A stretch of 63,494 nt of DNA, the filler included, from Octopus bimaculoides (lineage: Eukaryota), in the NCBI RefSeq assembly GCF_001194135.2. It is 4 parts of 4 records of this genome, joined end to end, with 100 filler letters (N's around TTAATTAATTAA, not from the genome) between each part and the next. Parts side by side here need not be neighbours in the genome. Positions count along the whole stretch, not along the records: positions 53,479 to 63,494 come from NC_068999.1; 3 more parts are not named here. One strand, written 5' to 3'. A model generated the notes under the pieces. That model saw nothing but the letters and a program-made list of their open reading frames with translations. It had not been told where the DNA came from and did no database searches. A program made the position numbers and the translations under genes. Shown here one piece after another: positions 63,180-63,494 of this stretch; positions within the stretch are counted from its first letter, which is position 1, and each line of letters starts with the position of its first letter.

Positions 63180-63494
63180 TATGTGTGTGTGTGTGTTTAT
63201 GTGTGTAAGTGTGCTCGTGTGAGTAGCTTGCTGTGTAGGTTGTTTTTGTTTTTTGTTTTTTTTTAACGAGAATCTCACAGGATTTCCACCATTATTTTTA
63301 ACTTGTTACTTATTGTCTGCTCTTTAGTCACTGACGTTTTTATGTTATGTAATTTAGGCTTTAGAAATCAACTTACGTCTCAGGATATCTCCATCGCCTT
63401 CTCTCCTACTCTTTCTTTGTCTTTCTCTCCTTCCAGTACATATACACTTACATACAAACATGTATTTATTCATTCATATATATATATATATATA

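Overview
AT-rich, microsatellite-dense eukaryotic (metazoan) DNA with many N gaps. The SINE families, the density of di-, tri- and tetranucleotide repeats and the gene content suggest an octopus genome, possibly O. bimaculoides (inference, not database-checked). One host gene is supported: the last two coding exons (35420-35557 and 36380-36636, + strand) of a PMP22/claudin-superfamily tetraspan protein (TMEM114/TMEM235/Claudin_2-like). I did not find its 5' exons. The rest is a transposon graveyard: a 5'-truncated hAT transposase, two Penelope-like GIY-YIG remnants, two RTE-type LINE fragments, three L1/Tx1-type fragments, a cluster of RLE-type LINE 3' ends in (TAA)n arrays, and more than 25 copies from about four tRNA-derived SINE families. 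One Penelope remnant carries a minimal hammerhead ribozyme, half of which lies in a 46-bp inverted repeat. Most notable observations: (1) the Penelope hammerhead and hairpin; (2) serial SINE insertion at one target site, with a shared WTATT-W(1-3)-ACTG motif in the target duplications; (3) SINE-into-SINE dimers and closely spaced inverted SINEs, which are potential dsRNA/ADAR substrates; (4) a compact cluster of RFX X-box-like motifs; (5) LINE 3' ends abutting trinucleotide microsatellites. Almost all ORFs in the supplied track are microsatellite or N-gap artefacts. TE boundaries are approximate unless a TSD or TIR is given.
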